Source of the DNA: an uncultured Candidatus Berkelbacteria bacterium
GTDB taxonomy: Bacteria > Patescibacteriota > UBA1384 > UBA12157
Assembly (NCBI GenBank): GCA_903877885.1
Contig: CAIRFN010000011.1
Coordinates: forward strand, 9,281 to 73,280
DNA length: 64,000 nucleotides
Direction of reading: 5' to 3'
Shown here: in pieces, positions 53,901 to 56,900 of the stretch
Layout: every line of letters starts with the position of its first letter
How positions within the stretch are numbered: position 1 is the first letter of the stretch
Notes under the pieces: model-generated
What the model was told of the DNA's origin: nothing
The model's input: the letters and a program-made list of their open reading frames with translations, nothing else
Database searches by the model: none
Made by a program: the position numbers and the translations under genes

Positions 53901-56900
53901 CGGTTCGACGACTAAATATTTGCAAACCGATGGTACGCTTAGTAATTCGGCCGAGTGGGCCAGTTATGCTGATTTTGGTGGCGCTGATGGTTTAACCAAT
54001 ACTGGTTTGACAATCAATAATTTATACACTTATTCCATCGCGGCCAAAAATGGCGATGGGGAAGCGACTGATTATAGCACGACTGCCGATGGTTCAACTC
54101 TATCAACTCACACTATTACGGCTTCGGTTTCCGGTGGTCATGGTACAATCTCGCCAGCTGGTGTTACCGCTTTGGATAATGACGCTAACCAAGATTACAC
54201 CATTACACCGGCCGATGGTTACTATATTGCTCAAATTATTGTTGATGGCATCTCGATTTCCGGCACTTTGAGCTCACCATATTCATTTACCAATGTCGAA
54301 GGCGATCACACAATTGTCGCCACCTTTGCCGCTAACGGCACTTGTGTTTGGGACGGCGGCGCGGCAGGGGATGCTCGTTGGTCATCGGCTGATAACTGGA
54401 CTGGAAACGTCGCTCCAAGCACTAGTTGTGATGCAATTTTCAATGCCACTTCGACCAAAAATTCTTCGTTAGATTCCAGTTTTGAACCGGGTCATGTTAA
54501 TTCCTTATCGATTAACACTGGCTATACTGGTACTTTGACTTTGGATGATGTCCTAAACGATGATACTAATTTGACTATTGCTTCCGGTACAATTGATGCT
54601 ACCAATCAAGTAATTAATCTTGGCGGCAACTGGACGAAAACTGGCGGTACTTTCACTGCTGGTGGTGGCACAATTAATTTAATCGCTGGTGAGGGTACAA
54701 CTCAAATTATTTCCGGCTCAACTACTTTCCGTAATTTGACCGCAACTACTTCAGTCGCCAGAACAATTAGTTTTGCGGCTGGTTCAACTCAAACGGTCAC
54801 TGGTAATTTGACTTTAACCGGCACAACCGATGTGGCTTTGACTTTGGCTCGAAATGGTTCAAGTGGTGTTTGGTCAATCAATCCAACCGCCTGGGATATT
54901 GATTACGTGACGGTTAGTAACTCCACTAACCTGGCTTCCGCCCAAATTAATCCGCCACATTGGACTAACGTTAGCAATAACACTAATTGGGAAACGAGTT
55001 ATTCTGCGCCAACTGTCACGACTAATAATCCTGTCACCTCTGATCAAACTAAGACCACCGCAACTATCAGTGGTAATATCACAGCAACAGGTAATAAATC
55101 GATGACCGCTTGCGGTTTAGAGTATGGTACTGATGAAGCAAATCCGACGAATGCGGCACCGTCTACCGATTGTAATGCAACCACACCAACATCAATTATT
55201 GCCAATTTAACTAATTTAACTGCCGATACCACTTACTATGTTCGCGCTTATGCTGCCAACTCTATCGGCACTAATTACGGCGAATGGGTAAGTTTTGCAA
55301 CTTTACCAAATACTTACACAATCACTGCTTCTGCTGGCGCTCATGGCACAATCAGTCCATCCGGCGAAGTTTCAGCAAACAATGCTTCAAACAAAACATT
55401 TATCATTACTCCAGCTACAAATTATCATATCAGTAGTATTTTGTTTGACGATGAATCGCAAACGATTACCACCGCGACTGGCATGGACTTTGCAGTCAAT
55501 AATATTACGACTAATCACACTTTATCGGTCAGTTTTGCCATTAACACCAACACGGTTACGGCTTCGGCTGGCGCTAACGGTACAATTTCGCCACTGGGCG
55601 CTACAGCTGTTAATTATGGCGCCACTCAAGCTTACACTATCACACCAAACACTAATTTTCATATTGCTTCGGTTTTGGTTGATGGTCAGTCGGTCGGTGT
55701 GGTCACATCTTACACCTTTACTAATGTGATAACTTCCCACACTATTTCCGCTACCTTTACGGTTGATACTCACAATATTGTTGCTTCAGCAGGTTCGCAT
55801 GGCGCTATTAGTCCAACCGGTACAACTGCGGTTAATTATGGCGGCGATCAAGCTTATACCATTTTGCCAAGCGATAATTATCATATTGCCGATGTCTTGG
55901 TTGACTCTGTTTCTGTTGGCGCGGTCAGTGATTACGCTTTCTCGAATGTCGTAACTTCCCATACCATCTCCGCGACTTTCGTTGCCAATCCAGGCTTTGA
56001 ACACACTATTACTGCTACCATTTCTGGTCATGGCACGATTAGTCCAGCCGGTTCGGTTTTGGTTAGTGACAGCAATAGTCAAGTCTTTACTATCAATCCA
56101 TCAACCGGTTATTCTATCGACAGTATTTTGGTTGATAATGTAGCGGTCACTCCGGCTACAACTTATACTTTCTCTAATGTGACAACTGATCACACGATTG
56201 CAGTTACAATTGCTACAACTACTTACACAATTACCGCTTCGGCTGGTACTGGCGGTTCGATTAGTCCATCTGGCGCCGTTGTTGTTGATTATGATTCTGA
56301 CAAAACCTTTACCATCACACCAAAAACCGGTTATCATATTGACAATGTTAAAGTTAATAATAAATCTCAAGGCGCTATTTCGACTTACACCTTTAGTTCG
56401 ATTACCGATGATCAGGAAATTGAAGCGACTTTCGCTCTTGATCCAACTTCGATTGTTAACCCAACCAATTTAACTGGTATCGCTGGCGATTCGCAAAATT
56501 CACTTTCCTGGACCAATCCAATTACAACTTACTTTGATCATGTTGATTTATATCGATCAACTACGGCCGGCACACTTGGTGACAAATTAGCTGGAAACCA
56601 AACTGGCACAACATATATAGATCGAAACTTAACCAACAATACGACTTATTACTACACTTTGAAGGCAATTGATACTTACAATAATGTTTCGACTGGCACC
56701 GAACAATTGGCTTTGATGCCAAGCAGTATTGCAGATATCATTGCACCAAACGCGCCAACCAATTTGCGCGCCACCAACATCAAATCGACGACTATTAGTT
56801 TGGTTTGGGATGCTTCGACTGACAATGTTGCGGTTGTTGGCTATAAACTCTTTAATGCCGACACCAATATTCAAATTGCCACCACCAGCCAAACTGATTA

